Positions 48,863 to 57,443 of a stretch of 60,494 bases of DNA are shown here, one piece after another. The translations under genes and the position numbers were made by a program. The notes beneath the pieces are model-generated. The model searched no databases, had not been told where the DNA came from, and was given only the letters and a program-made list of their open reading frames with translations. The stretch comes from Comamonadaceae bacterium (GTDB taxonomy: Bacteria; Pseudomonadota; Gammaproteobacteria; Burkholderiales; Burkholderiaceae_C): the NCBI GenBank assembly GCA_041311135.1, contig JBFYKC010000011.1:1-60494 (forward strand), given 5' to 3'. Each line of letters starts with the position of its first letter. Within the stretch, counting starts at the first letter, position 1.

Positions 48863-49558
48863 ATGGCCATTCAAGCCGTGGTGTTCGATGCCTATGGCAC
48901 CTTGTTCGATGTGTACTCGATCGGGGCTTTGGCCGAGCAGCTGTACCCTGGTCAAGGTGCAGCCATCTCGGTGCTGTGGCGCGACAAGCAGATTGACTAC
49001 ACGCGGCTCATCACGATGTCTGACCCGCACCGTGCCGAAGGCAGCCGTTACTACCAATCGTTTTGGGACATCACCCACAGCGCGTTGCTCTACACGTTGG
49101 CGCGCTTTCAACTCGAGGCGCATCCTGCACACGTTGACGCATTGATGGGGCAATATGCCAAGCTCACACCCTTTCCTGAAAACCTGGGCGTATTGCAAGC
49201 CTTGAAGCAACGCGGCATTGCCACAGCCATCTTGTCCAACGGCAGCCCCGACATGCTGAACACCGCGGTGACCAGCGCCGGCATGAATGACGTGATCGAC
49301 CATGTGATTTCGGTCGATGCCATTCGTTTGTTCAAAACCTCGCCCGAAGCCTATGGCTTGGTGCAACAGGCCCTTCACGCCGAGAAGTCAGACATCTTGT
49401 TTGTCTCCAGCAATGGCTGGGATGCCTTGGGCGCCACCTGGTTTGGCTTCAGCACCCTGTGGGTGAATCGTCAGCGCTTGCCACACGAGGCCATTGGCCC
49501 GAAGCCCACCTACACAGGGCACGATCTGACACGTGTGTTGGACGTGCTGTCGCACTGA
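48863..49558 (+). CDS. Haloacid dehalogenase type II
   Basis: FDAYGTLFDV, WRDKQ, ILSNG, FK..PEAY, FVSSN.WD. Confidence 0.92.
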   Translation: MAIQAVVFDAYGTLFDVYSIGALAEQLYPGQGAAISVLWRDKQIDYTRLITMSDPHRAEGSRYYQSFWDITHSALLYTLARFQLEAHPAHVDALMGQYAKLTPFPENLGVLQALKQRGIATAILSNGSPDMLNTAVTSAGMNDVIDHVISVDAIRLFKTSPEAYGLVQQALHAEKSDILFVSSNGWDALGATWFGFSTLWVNRQRLPHEAIGPKPTYTGHDLTRVLDVLSH

Positions 49559-49560
49559 GC

Positions 49561-49965
49561 ATGGACAGCCTGCGCATCGACAAATGGCTATGGGCCGCGC
49601 GGTTTTACAAAACCCGCAGCTTGGCGTGTGAGGAAGTCACCAAGCACCGTGTGCAAATCAACGGTCAAGACGTCAAACCTGCACGTGAGGTAAAAGTGGG
49701 CGACACCCTCACCGTGCGGCAGGGCTACGTGACCAAAACCATCTGGGTCAAAGGCATCAGCGCGGTGTGTGGCCCTGCCCCTGTGGCGCAACAGCTGTTC
49801 GAGGAAACGCCTGAGAGCATCGCCTTGCGTGCCAAACAAGCCGAGCAAAACCGCTTGGCCCACGAACCCGCACACAGCATTGAACACGGCCGTCCCACCA
49901 AGCGAGACCGCCGTCAAATTGAACACGCCTGGAACGAACGCTGGAGCGCCAGCGCTGACGAGTAA
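49561..49965 (+). CDS. hslR: Ribosome-associated heat shock protein Hsp15 (S4 domain)
   Basis: RIDKWLWAARFYKTRSLA, GRPTKRDRR. Confidence 0.93.
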   Translation: MDSLRIDKWLWAARFYKTRSLACEEVTKHRVQINGQDVKPAREVKVGDTLTVRQGYVTKTIWVKGISAVCGPAPVAQQLFEETPESIALRAKQAEQNRLAHEPAHSIEHGRPTKRDRRQIEHAWNERWSASADE

Positions 49966-49987
49966 CACCCACGCGCGATCCACCATG

Positions 49988-50014
49988 ACAAAGGGGCCAC
50001 AAGGGCCCCTTTGT
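49988..50014. terminator. Hairpin terminator between convergent hslR and dctP
   Basis: ACAAAGGGGCC-acaag-GGCCCCTTTGT. Confidence 0.8.
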
Positions 50015-50032
50015 TTGGAAGCGTGAAACGCT

Positions 50033-51067
50033 TTACTTACCGCCCGCGTGCTTGGCAATCAGTGCGCGTGCACCGTCCAGCATTTGCTTGCCGTTTTGGC
50101 CCTTGGCGTTCATGTCAGACACCCATGCGTCGAACAAAGGTTGCGACAACTTCTTCCAGTTTTCCAACTCGGCTTTGGGGATCACGTTGACCGTGTTTTT
50201 GGTCGTGGTTTTCTTGCCTTCGGCATCGGCTTCCAAGAAAGCTTTACCAGCCATGCCGGACAAGCCTTGACCGCTGTTGCGATCAATGACGCGCTTGAGG
50301 TCCGCGGGCAAGGAGTCGTACTTGGCTTGGTTCATCGCAAAAATGAACACCGAGGTGTAGAACGCAGGCTCTGCAGGATCGGTCTCCGAGTGGAACTTCA
50401 CCAACTCTTGGATCTTCACGGCAGGGACCACTTCGTAAGGCACCACGGCACCGTCAATCACGCCTTTAGACAAGGCATCACCCACTTGTGGCACAGGCAT
50501 GCTCACAGGCGTGGCGCCCAGCATGGCAATGAACTTGTTGGTGGCACGTGTCGGCGCACGCAGCTTCACACCTTTGAGGTCGGCAGCGGTACGCACAGGC
50601 TTGTTGACCATGTGGAACACGCCATCGCCGTGGACGTGGAAAGCCAAGGCTTTGACGTCTTTGAACTCGGCCTTGGCGTATTGATCGACGTAATCCCAAA
50701 CGGCCTTGCTGGTCGCTTCTGGGCTTTGCATCATGAAAGGCATTTCAAACACTTCCACCGATGGGAAACGGCCAGCGGTGTAACCGGGCAACGTCCACAC
50801 CACGTCTGCCACGCCGTCACGGGCTTGTTCGAACAACTGGGGGGGCGAACCACCCAATTGCATCGATGGGTAGATCTGGCACTTCATGCGGTTGTTCGAC
50901 TCTTTGGCGATGCGGTCACACCAAGGCTGAATGAACAAAGTTTGTGCAAACGACGACGCAGGCAAGAAGTGGTGCACTTTGAGTGTCACCTCTTGGGCCG
51001 TAGCCGTTTGGCTCATTGCTGCAGCAGTCAACGCAGCAGCAGCAACTTTGAGGAAGCGAGATTTCAT
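50033..51067 (-). CDS. TRAP transporter substrate-binding protein DctP
   Basis: Signal peptide, LKVHHFLP, YPSMQLGG, PGYTAGRFP, DLKGVKLRAP. Confidence 0.93.
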   Translation of the reverse strand: MKSRFLKVAAAALTAAAMSQTATAQEVTLKVHHFLPASSFAQTLFIQPWCDRIAKESNNRMKCQIYPSMQLGGSPPQLFEQARDGVADVVWTLPGYTAGRFPSVEVFEMPFMMQSPEATSKAVWDYVDQYAKAEFKDVKALAFHVHGDGVFHMVNKPVRTAADLKGVKLRAPTRATNKFIAMLGATPVSMPVPQVGDALSKGVIDGAVVPYEVVPAVKIQELVKFHSETDPAEPAFYTSVFIFAMNQAKYDSLPADLKRVIDRNSGQGLSGMAGKAFLEADAEGKKTTTKNTVNVIPKAELENWKKLSQPLFDAWVSDMNAKGQNGKQMLDGARALIAKHAGGK

Positions 51068-51087
51068 TTTTGTCTCCGGTTAAAAAC

Positions 51088-52410
51088 TTAAGTCAATGCA
51101 TGGACCAACCACAACGAAATGGCTGGAAACGCGATCAGCAACGACAAGCGGATGCCGTCAGTGATGAGGAATGGCACCACCCCTTTGTAGGTCTCAACCA
51201 TGGGCACATCTTTGGCTAAGCCGTTCATGATGTACACGTTCAAACCCACAGGCGGGAAGATCATGCCGATCTCACACACAGTGAGGATGAGGATACCAAA
51301 CCACAGGGATTTATCGGACGGGTTTAACCCGAAGAAGTCCATGCCCAAGATCACAGGGAACAAGGTGGGAACGGTCAACAAGATCATGGACATTTCGTCC
51401 ATCACGCAACCCAAGATGATGTAGAAAATCATGATGCCGGCCATCACCACCAGTGGGGAAATTTGCAAATGCCCCACCATGTCGGCCAATTGTGCTGGCA
51501 GCTGCGACAGCGCCAACGACGCGTTGATCATGTCCGCACCAATGAAGATCAAGAAGATCATGCCGCTGGTTTGCGCGGTGGTGCGGATGGAGGCCACCAA
51601 CTTGTCAAACGTCATTTCACGACGCAGCAAGGTGATGGCAAACGTCAACACGTTACCAATCGCTGCACCTTCGGTCGCCGTGAACACGCCGCCGTAAATG
51701 CCACCAAACACCACCAAGAAGATGGCTGCAATGGGCCAAACTTGAAGAGCTGAAGTCATCAACTCGCTGCCCGAAGCCGCTTTGGCTTGAGGCGCTTGGT
51801 CGGGGTGAATGCGCACGATCACCGCAATGGCGATGAGGTAGCCCACCGCCGCGAGCAGCGCAGGGATGTAGGCGGCCAAGAACATCTTGGTGATGTTCTG
51901 TTCGGTCAAGATGGCGTAGACCATCAACGTGACAGATGGAGGCAACAACACCCCCATCGTGCCGCCCGTGGCCAACGCCGCCGTGGCGAGTCGACCCGAG
52001 TAGTTGATGCGACGCATTTCGGGATAAGCCACTTGTGCGATGGTCGCGGTGGTGGCCACAGTCGAGCCAGAAATCGAACCAAACGCAGCACACGCCAACA
52101 CACCCGCCATGGCCATGCCGCCTTTGAATCGACCCAACAAGGCGTTGGCAAAGTCAAACAAGGCTTTGGACAAACCGCCGTGCACGGCAAACGCACCCAT
52201 CAGCATGAACAAAGGAATGACCGACAAGTCGTAAATAGACACGCGGCTATACACAGCGCCTTTGAGATGCGACAGCAAGGGCAACCAACCGGCCAAGGCC
52301 ATGTAGCCCACAGCGCCTGGCACAAACATAGAAATCGCGATGGGCACGCGAACCGCCATCAGCACCAACATGGCGCCGAACATGGACAAACCAATACTCA
52401 TCGTGCTCAT
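51088..52410 (-). CDS. TRAP transporter large permease DctM
   Basis: IPLFMLMG, FGSISGS, GGTMGVLLPPS, PPVGLN; ATG at 52410. Confidence 0.93.
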   Translation of the reverse strand: MSTMSIGLSMFGAMLVLMAVRVPIAISMFVPGAVGYMALAGWLPLLSHLKGAVYSRVSIYDLSVIPLFMLMGAFAVHGGLSKALFDFANALLGRFKGGMAMAGVLACAAFGSISGSTVATTATIAQVAYPEMRRINYSGRLATAALATGGTMGVLLPPSVTLMVYAILTEQNITKMFLAAYIPALLAAVGYLIAIAVIVRIHPDQAPQAKAASGSELMTSALQVWPIAAIFLVVFGGIYGGVFTATEGAAIGNVLTFAITLLRREMTFDKLVASIRTTAQTSGMIFLIFIGADMINASLALSQLPAQLADMVGHLQISPLVVMAGIMIFYIILGCVMDEMSMILLTVPTLFPVILGMDFFGLNPSDKSLWFGILILTVCEIGMIFPPVGLNVYIMNGLAKDVPMVETYKGVVPFLITDGIRLSLLIAFPAISLWLVHALT

Positions 52411-52922
52411 ACGTGTTCCTTTGAAGTCAGGCCAAGGTGTTGCAGGGTTTGCACAAACCCAATCACGGTACACAAGGCCAGGCCAGGCACCATCAACATG
52501 TAGGGAATCCACAGAGGCAAGGCCATCAACATGGAAGTTTCTTGGTTGGCCTTGATGTCAATGCCCCCCACGGCCACACGCCAGCACACCAAGGCCATGA
52601 CCAAGGTGTACAACAAGGTGCCGAAGGCATCCAAACGACTTTGTGTTTTTTCGGATGCGTTGGTGGTGAAAAAATCCACAATGATGTTGGCGTGACGGAA
52701 CTGGGTGTACGGCAGAAACGAGGCCACCACCACCGCACAACCCAACTGCACCAACTCCACATCCCCCAAGATGGGGTGAGAGAAAAAGGCACGTCCAATG
52801 ACGCTGACCACGGTCACGCAAGCAATCGCCACCAAGACGATGCCGCCGATCGTGGCACTGATGTCGCACAGACGCTGCAGCAAGCGCTGAACGCCCGAGT
52901 TTGGCGTTACGTTTTCATTCAT
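52407..52922 (-). CDS. TRAP transporter small permease DctQ
   Basis: 4 TM helices, GDVELVQ, NIIVDFF; overlaps dctM start. Confidence 0.9.
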   Translation of the reverse strand: MNENVTPNSGVQRLLQRLCDISATIGGIVLVAIACVTVVSVIGRAFFSHPILGDVELVQLGCAVVVASFLPYTQFRHANIIVDFFTTNASEKTQSRLDAFGTLLYTLVMALVCWRVAVGGIDIKANQETSMLMALPLWIPYMLMVPGLALCTVIGFVQTLQHLGLTSKEHV

Positions 52923-53039
52923 AGGTCTTCCTCGTTTTTATGACGCATTCGGTATTTTCTCGACAGATCAAGATCTGCCAAAGAGCGCCTGAATCTAGCT
53001 GATATACATTTTTTGCATAACAGGGATTCCGATATGCCG

Positions 53040-53909
53040 TCAGGTTTTGTCTAAACCCAACAGGCGCACCGCGTTGTCTTTCAAAATGCCAGGCATGACC
53101 TCGGGTTTGAAGCCTGCCACCTCAAAGTCTTTCATCCAGCGCTCGGGCGTGATCAGCGGGTAATCGCTGCCAAACAACACGCGGTCTTTCAGCAGGGTGT
53201 TGGCGTATTGAATCAGCTGCTTGGGGAAGTACTTGGGACTCCAGCCTGAGAGATCGATCCACACATTGGGTTTATGTGTGGCCACACTCAGGGCTTCGTC
53301 CTGCCAAGGAAAGCTGGGATGGGCCATGACAATTTGCATGTCCGGCCAATCAATGGCCACATCGTCCAAGTGCATGGGGTTGCTGTAGGCCAAGCGTAGG
53401 CCGCCGCCACAACGCATGCCACTGCCAATGCCACTGTGGCCGGTGTGAAAAATAGCGGGCAGCTTGTAGGCGTTGATCACTTCGTAGATGGGCCATGCCA
53501 TCTTGTCGTAGGGGTGGTAGCCCTGCACGGTGGGATGAAACTTGAAGCCCTTGATGCCGTCTTCTTTGATCAAGCGCTCCGCCTCACGCGCGCCCATCTT
53601 GCCTTTGTGCGGGTCGATGCTGGCAAACGCCACCATCATGTCGCTGTTCTTTTTGGCGGCATCGGCGATTTCTTCGTTCGGAATACGACGACGCCCCAAT
53701 TGCGATTCGCTGTCCACGGTGAACATGACCAAGCCAATTTTTCGCTCACGGTAGTACGCCACCGTTTCGTCAATGGTGGGACGACGGCTGGAACCAAAGT
53801 ATTTGTCAGCCGCGCGGTCGTATTCTTCGCCGTAGTTGTCAAACGGGTTGCGACAGCTCACCTCGGCATGGGTGTGGATGTCGATCGCAATGAGGTTTTT
53901 GTAGTCCAT
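53040..53909 (-). CDS. Amidohydrolase-2; 4-hydroxyphenyl-beta-ketoacyl-CoA hydrolase (CouO)-like
   Basis: AIDIHTHAE, FASIDPHKG, GFKFHP, FHTGHSG.G, AHPSFPWQDEALSVA.HK.NV.IDLSGWSPKYF, FGSDYP. Confidence 0.8.
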   Translation of the reverse strand: MDYKNLIAIDIHTHAEVSCRNPFDNYGEEYDRAADKYFGSSRRPTIDETVAYYRERKIGLVMFTVDSESQLGRRRIPNEEIADAAKKNSDMMVAFASIDPHKGKMGAREAERLIKEDGIKGFKFHPTVQGYHPYDKMAWPIYEVINAYKLPAIFHTGHSGIGSGMRCGGGLRLAYSNPMHLDDVAIDWPDMQIVMAHPSFPWQDEALSVATHKPNVWIDLSGWSPKYFPKQLIQYANTLLKDRVLFGSDYPLITPERWMKDFEVAGFKPEVMPGILKDNAVRLLGLDKT

Positions 53910-53921
53910 GGCGCGGCCTGA

Positions 53922-54920
53922 TCAATCCAAGCTGATGTTTTTGCGTTTGACCAGTTGCTCGTAAATCTTGCTTTTGGCTTCGGCGTTTTTACGAATTTCC
54001 TCGGGCGACCACGTGATGGTTTCAAACGCGAAGGTGTTGTAACGGGCTTTGACTTCGGGGTCAGCCAACACTTTCAGCACATCGGCATTGATTTTGGCGC
54101 TGACATCGCTAGGGAGGCCCTTGGGCGAGAGCAAGACCACAAACGAGTTGACTTCAAACCCGGCTGGGCCACCTGCTTCTGCCACCGTGGGCACTTCAGG
54201 CATTTGCGGCAAGCGCTTGGCAGCGGCCACAGCGATGTAACGAATCTTGCCGGCCTTGAACACGCCTTGACTAGAAGGGATGCTGGCAAAGCTCCACTGG
54301 ATGTCCCCATTGCCCACCGAAGTAAAGAGTTGTGACACCTCGCGGTAGGCCACGTGCGTCATTTCGGTGTTGGTCAGCAATTCCAATTGCTCGCCACCCA
54401 AGTGCCCCGGACTACCAATGCCCCAAGAGCCATAGCTCACTTTGTTAGGGGCGACTTTGGCTGCAGCGGTCAGGTCTTTGATGTTTTGCCACTTTGAGTC
54501 GGTGGCCACCGCCACCAAAAATGGCGTGCGAAACAGCGGTGCCACAGGGTCGAAGTTGTTCAAGGTGACGAAGTTTTTGGACTTGTACAAATGCGGCAAC
54601 GCAGCCAAGTGTTCGCTGTCGAGCTGCAGCAAGGTGTAGCCATCAGCGGGCATACGCTGCGTGGCGTCAATGGCAATGAAGCCACCGCCGCCGGGTTTGT
54701 TGGTGATCGAAACCGGCTGGTTCCACAGCTTAGACAGCTTGTCCGAAATTTGGCGCAGCACCGCATCAGGGCCACTGCCCGCTGCAAATGCGGTGACGAT
54801 GTTCACAGGCTTGTTGGGAAATGTGCTGGCTTGTTGCGCCACAACGGGCAAGGCGAAAGCAGCTGCGGCGGCAGCCACGCCAAGTGCGCGGCGTGTGAAA
54901 GTATTGGCGAAGTAGGTCAT
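53922..54920 (-). CDS. Bug/TctC family substrate-binding protein
   Basis: TRR signal, FPNKPV.IV..F.AGSGPD, NKPGGGG, ADGYTL. Confidence 0.92.
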   Translation of the reverse strand: MTYFANTFTRRALGVAAAAAAFALPVVAQQASTFPNKPVNIVTAFAAGSGPDAVLRQISDKLSKLWNQPVSITNKPGGGGFIAIDATQRMPADGYTLLQLDSEHLAALPHLYKSKNFVTLNNFDPVAPLFRTPFLVAVATDSKWQNIKDLTAAAKVAPNKVSYGSWGIGSPGHLGGEQLELLTNTEMTHVAYREVSQLFTSVGNGDIQWSFASIPSSQGVFKAGKIRYIAVAAAKRLPQMPEVPTVAEAGGPAGFEVNSFVVLLSPKGLPSDVSAKINADVLKVLADPEVKARYNTFAFETITWSPEEIRKNAEAKSKIYEQLVKRKNISLD

Positions 54921-54950
54921 GGTGTGTCTCCGAATGTTTGTAAAAAGGCA

Positions 54951-55589
54951 TCAACCCGCATCAGGCTGTTGCATGGGGGCTGCTTGTTGGAACGCCTCGA
55001 GCTTCATACACGCGGCCTCAACGCCAGCGATCAAAGGCCACTGCATCAAATCGACTTTGAAGCGACGCGCGCTTTCGATTTGGGGAATCAAATACACATC
55101 GGCCAAGCTGGGTGCGTTGCCAAAGCTGAACGCACCACGTTGCTTGTCGGCGGCCAACAAGGCTTCGTAGGCATTGAACCCGTCGGTGATCCAAGTACCG
55201 CACCAGGCATTGATCGCGGCCTCATCCGCCCCAAACTGCTTGCGCAAATATTCCAAGATACGACGGTTGTTGACGGGGTGCACATCGCACCCCACGATGG
55301 CCGCCAAGGCACGCACATGCGCGCGTGCTTCGGCTGATGGGGGCAACAACGCGGGTGCAGGGTATTTTTCTTCCAACCATTCAATGATGGCGGGCGACTG
55401 GATCAGCACCTGCTCACCCGTGTCGAGCGCAGGCACCAGCCCTTGTGGGTTGATGGCTTTGAAAGCCGATTTCAAATGTTCTTCCACACGCAAATCAACG
55501 GCCACGTAATCGGTGGCCAAGCCTTTGAGGTGGAGCGCAATACGCAAGCGGTGCGAGGTACCGCTGCGGAAAAAGTTGTAGAGCTTCAT
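54951..55589 (-). CDS. nagL: GSH-dependent maleylpyruvate/maleylacetoacetate isomerase (GST zeta)
   Basis: LYNFFRSGTSHRLRIAL, NPQGLVP, QSPAIIEWLEE, CDVHPVNNRR; in gentisate operon. Confidence 0.9.
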   Translation of the reverse strand: MKLYNFFRSGTSHRLRIALHLKGLATDYVAVDLRVEEHLKSAFKAINPQGLVPALDTGEQVLIQSPAIIEWLEEKYPAPALLPPSAEARAHVRALAAIVGCDVHPVNNRRILEYLRKQFGADEAAINAWCGTWITDGFNAYEALLAADKQRGAFSFGNAPSLADVYLIPQIESARRFKVDLMQWPLIAGVEAACMKLEAFQQAAPMQQPDAG

Positions 55590-55626
55590 AAAACCAATGT
55601 TCCAAACATGAGCAAGGTGCCAGCCC

Positions 55627-56328
55627 TCATTCTGCCTCGCCCACGGTCAACGCCACTTCAGCGACACCAGCCACGCGGCCCGTGATTTTGTCGCCTGGCA
55701 CCACGGCGTTCACGCCTTCGGGGGTGCCGGTGTAAATCAAGTCGCCGGGTTGCAGGTGGTAGAACAAAGACAAGTCAGCAATGATTTCACGCACATTCCA
55801 AATCAACTTGTCCACATCGGATGATTGTTTGGTTTCACCGTTCACCTCGAGTGCAATGGCACCGCTGTCGATGATGTGGCCTTCCATCGGCACGATCTCG
55901 GTACAGACCGATGACTGCTCCACGTCTTTACCCAAATCCCAAGGGCGACCTTTGTCACGTGCGACCAATTGCAAGTCACGGCGTGTCATATCCAAGCCAG
56001 CGGCGTAGCCGTAGATGATCTCGTGCGCATTCGCTTGGCTGACACGGAAACCAGCCTTGCCAATGGCCACCACCATCTCCATTTCGAAATGGTAATTTTT
56101 TGTTTCAGGTGGGTAAGCCACCGTGGCACCGCTGGCCACCAAGGTTTGTGGCGCTTTGGTGAAGTAGAACGGACGTTCCACGGTTTTATCAACGGGCTTG
56201 CCCATCTCGACCGCATGCGCGTGGTAGTTGCGCCCCACAAAGAACAAGCGGTTGATGGGGAAGCGCTCGGTCTTGCCACGAATGGCCAACGATTGAACTG
56301 CGGGGGGATGAAAGAGGTATGAAGTCAT
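55627..56328 (-). CDS. nagK: Fumarylpyruvate hydrolase (FAH family)
   Basis: VGRNYHAHAVEMG, HFEME, DMTRRDLQ, GRPWDLGKD, TGTPEGV. Confidence 0.9.
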   Translation of the reverse strand: MTSYLFHPPAVQSLAIRGKTERFPINRLFFVGRNYHAHAVEMGKPVDKTVERPFYFTKAPQTLVASGATVAYPPETKNYHFEMEMVVAIGKAGFRVSQANAHEIIYGYAAGLDMTRRDLQLVARDKGRPWDLGKDVEQSSVCTEIVPMEGHIIDSGAIALEVNGETKQSSDVDKLIWNVREIIADLSLFYHLQPGDLIYTGTPEGVNAVVPGDKITGRVAGVAEVALTVGEAE

Positions 56329-56349
56329 TGTTTCGGATAGTTGGGGTGG

Positions 56350-57387
56350 TTAGCCGCGGTTTTCGTAGACACCCAACTTGCGATGCAAGGGTGACTCGTC
56401 GGCGATGAAGATGAACGTGGGTTCGCTCGCCTGCAGGTTTTTTAGGATGACGGCTTCGTAGCCTGGTGCGCAGCAGGTGTCGGCCTCAACCAGGGTGAAG
56501 GTGCTGTCCACGATCTGGGCTTGCATTGAGCCTTCGATGACGTGAAACACCTGCGCAGGGGAACGTGCAGGCAAACGCAAGGTTTGGTCAGGACGCAACA
56601 TCAAGGCATAGAAGCCCAAAATGTTTTCGGCGTCACCCCCTGTTTCTGGGTTGACGTAGGTCACTTGCACGGCTTCAAGCGCGGGGTTATCAGCGGCCAT
56701 CGTTTCAAGTGCGGCCTTGGCATCTGTCCACGCATAGCGCAGCAGGGGATACGCTTTTTTGCTGCGCTCAAACACGTGCGTGGGCACCACACCGCCACGG
56801 GCGTATTGCTTGTCGCCTTGACCGGGCACCACCGACTGGCGTTCGCCGTTGATGTGGTAGCTGGCCTCCATGTAATAGACCAAGGGCAAGTCCAACACAT
56901 CGAGCCAAATCACAGGATCAGTGCCGTCGTGGCCATGTTCGTGCCACAAACCTGTGGGCGTGAGGATCAAGTCGCCACGGCTCATGGGACACTTCTCGCC
57001 ATCCACCGTGGTGTAGGCGCCCTCGCCTTCCACAATCATGCGAACAGCGTTGGGCGTGTGGCGATGGCTGGGCGCCCATTCACCCGGCATCAACAACTGC
57101 ATGCCCAAATACATGGCCGAACTGGCTTGCATTTTTTCCAAGCCGTGGCCTGGGTTGGCCAACACCAACACCCGTCGCTCTGCTTTTTCAATCGGCGTCA
57201 ATTCGCCTGCTTTCAGCAGCAAAGGCTTGAGTGTTTGATAGGGCCAGTGCGTGGGCTTGGTTTGGCGCGTGGGCACCTTGGGGGGTAACACCCCCCGCAG
57301 GCTGGGCCACAAGGGGACCAAGTTCAGTTCTTTCAGCTGATCGCGGTAATCCTGTGGCAGATCTTCAAGGCGTCCGAGTTCTTGCAT
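56350..57387 (-). CDS. nagI: Gentisate 1,2-dioxygenase (bicupin)
   Basis: AERRVLVLANPG, APSHRHTP, WHEHGH, WLDVLDLP; very similar to Ralstonia NagI as recalled; followed by nagK and nagL homologues. Confidence 0.9.
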   Translation of the reverse strand: MQELGRLEDLPQDYRDQLKELNLVPLWPSLRGVLPPKVPTRQTKPTHWPYQTLKPLLLKAGELTPIEKAERRVLVLANPGHGLEKMQASSAMYLGMQLLMPGEWAPSHRHTPNAVRMIVEGEGAYTTVDGEKCPMSRGDLILTPTGLWHEHGHDGTDPVIWLDVLDLPLVYYMEASYHINGERQSVVPGQGDKQYARGGVVPTHVFERSKKAYPLLRYAWTDAKAALETMAADNPALEAVQVTYVNPETGGDAENILGFYALMLRPDQTLRLPARSPAQVFHVIEGSMQAQIVDSTFTLVEADTCCAPGYEAVILKNLQASEPTFIFIADESPLHRKLGVYENRG

Positions 57388-57443
57388 GGTGTTGTCTGTC
57401 TCCTTTGTCGGGATTCATTGTGCTTCAAGCCGTACGAGACGGT

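Noticed and set aside
49768-49770. Cys (TGT) in place of the usual Arg in the Hsp15 RGPA motif
   Set aside because: A single-base difference that could be a polymorphism or sequencing error; the ORF is otherwise intact
52964-52977. Palindrome CAGATC-aa-GATCTG upstream of dctQ
   Set aside because: Only 6-bp arms, no second copy and no cognate regulator identifiable; too weak to call
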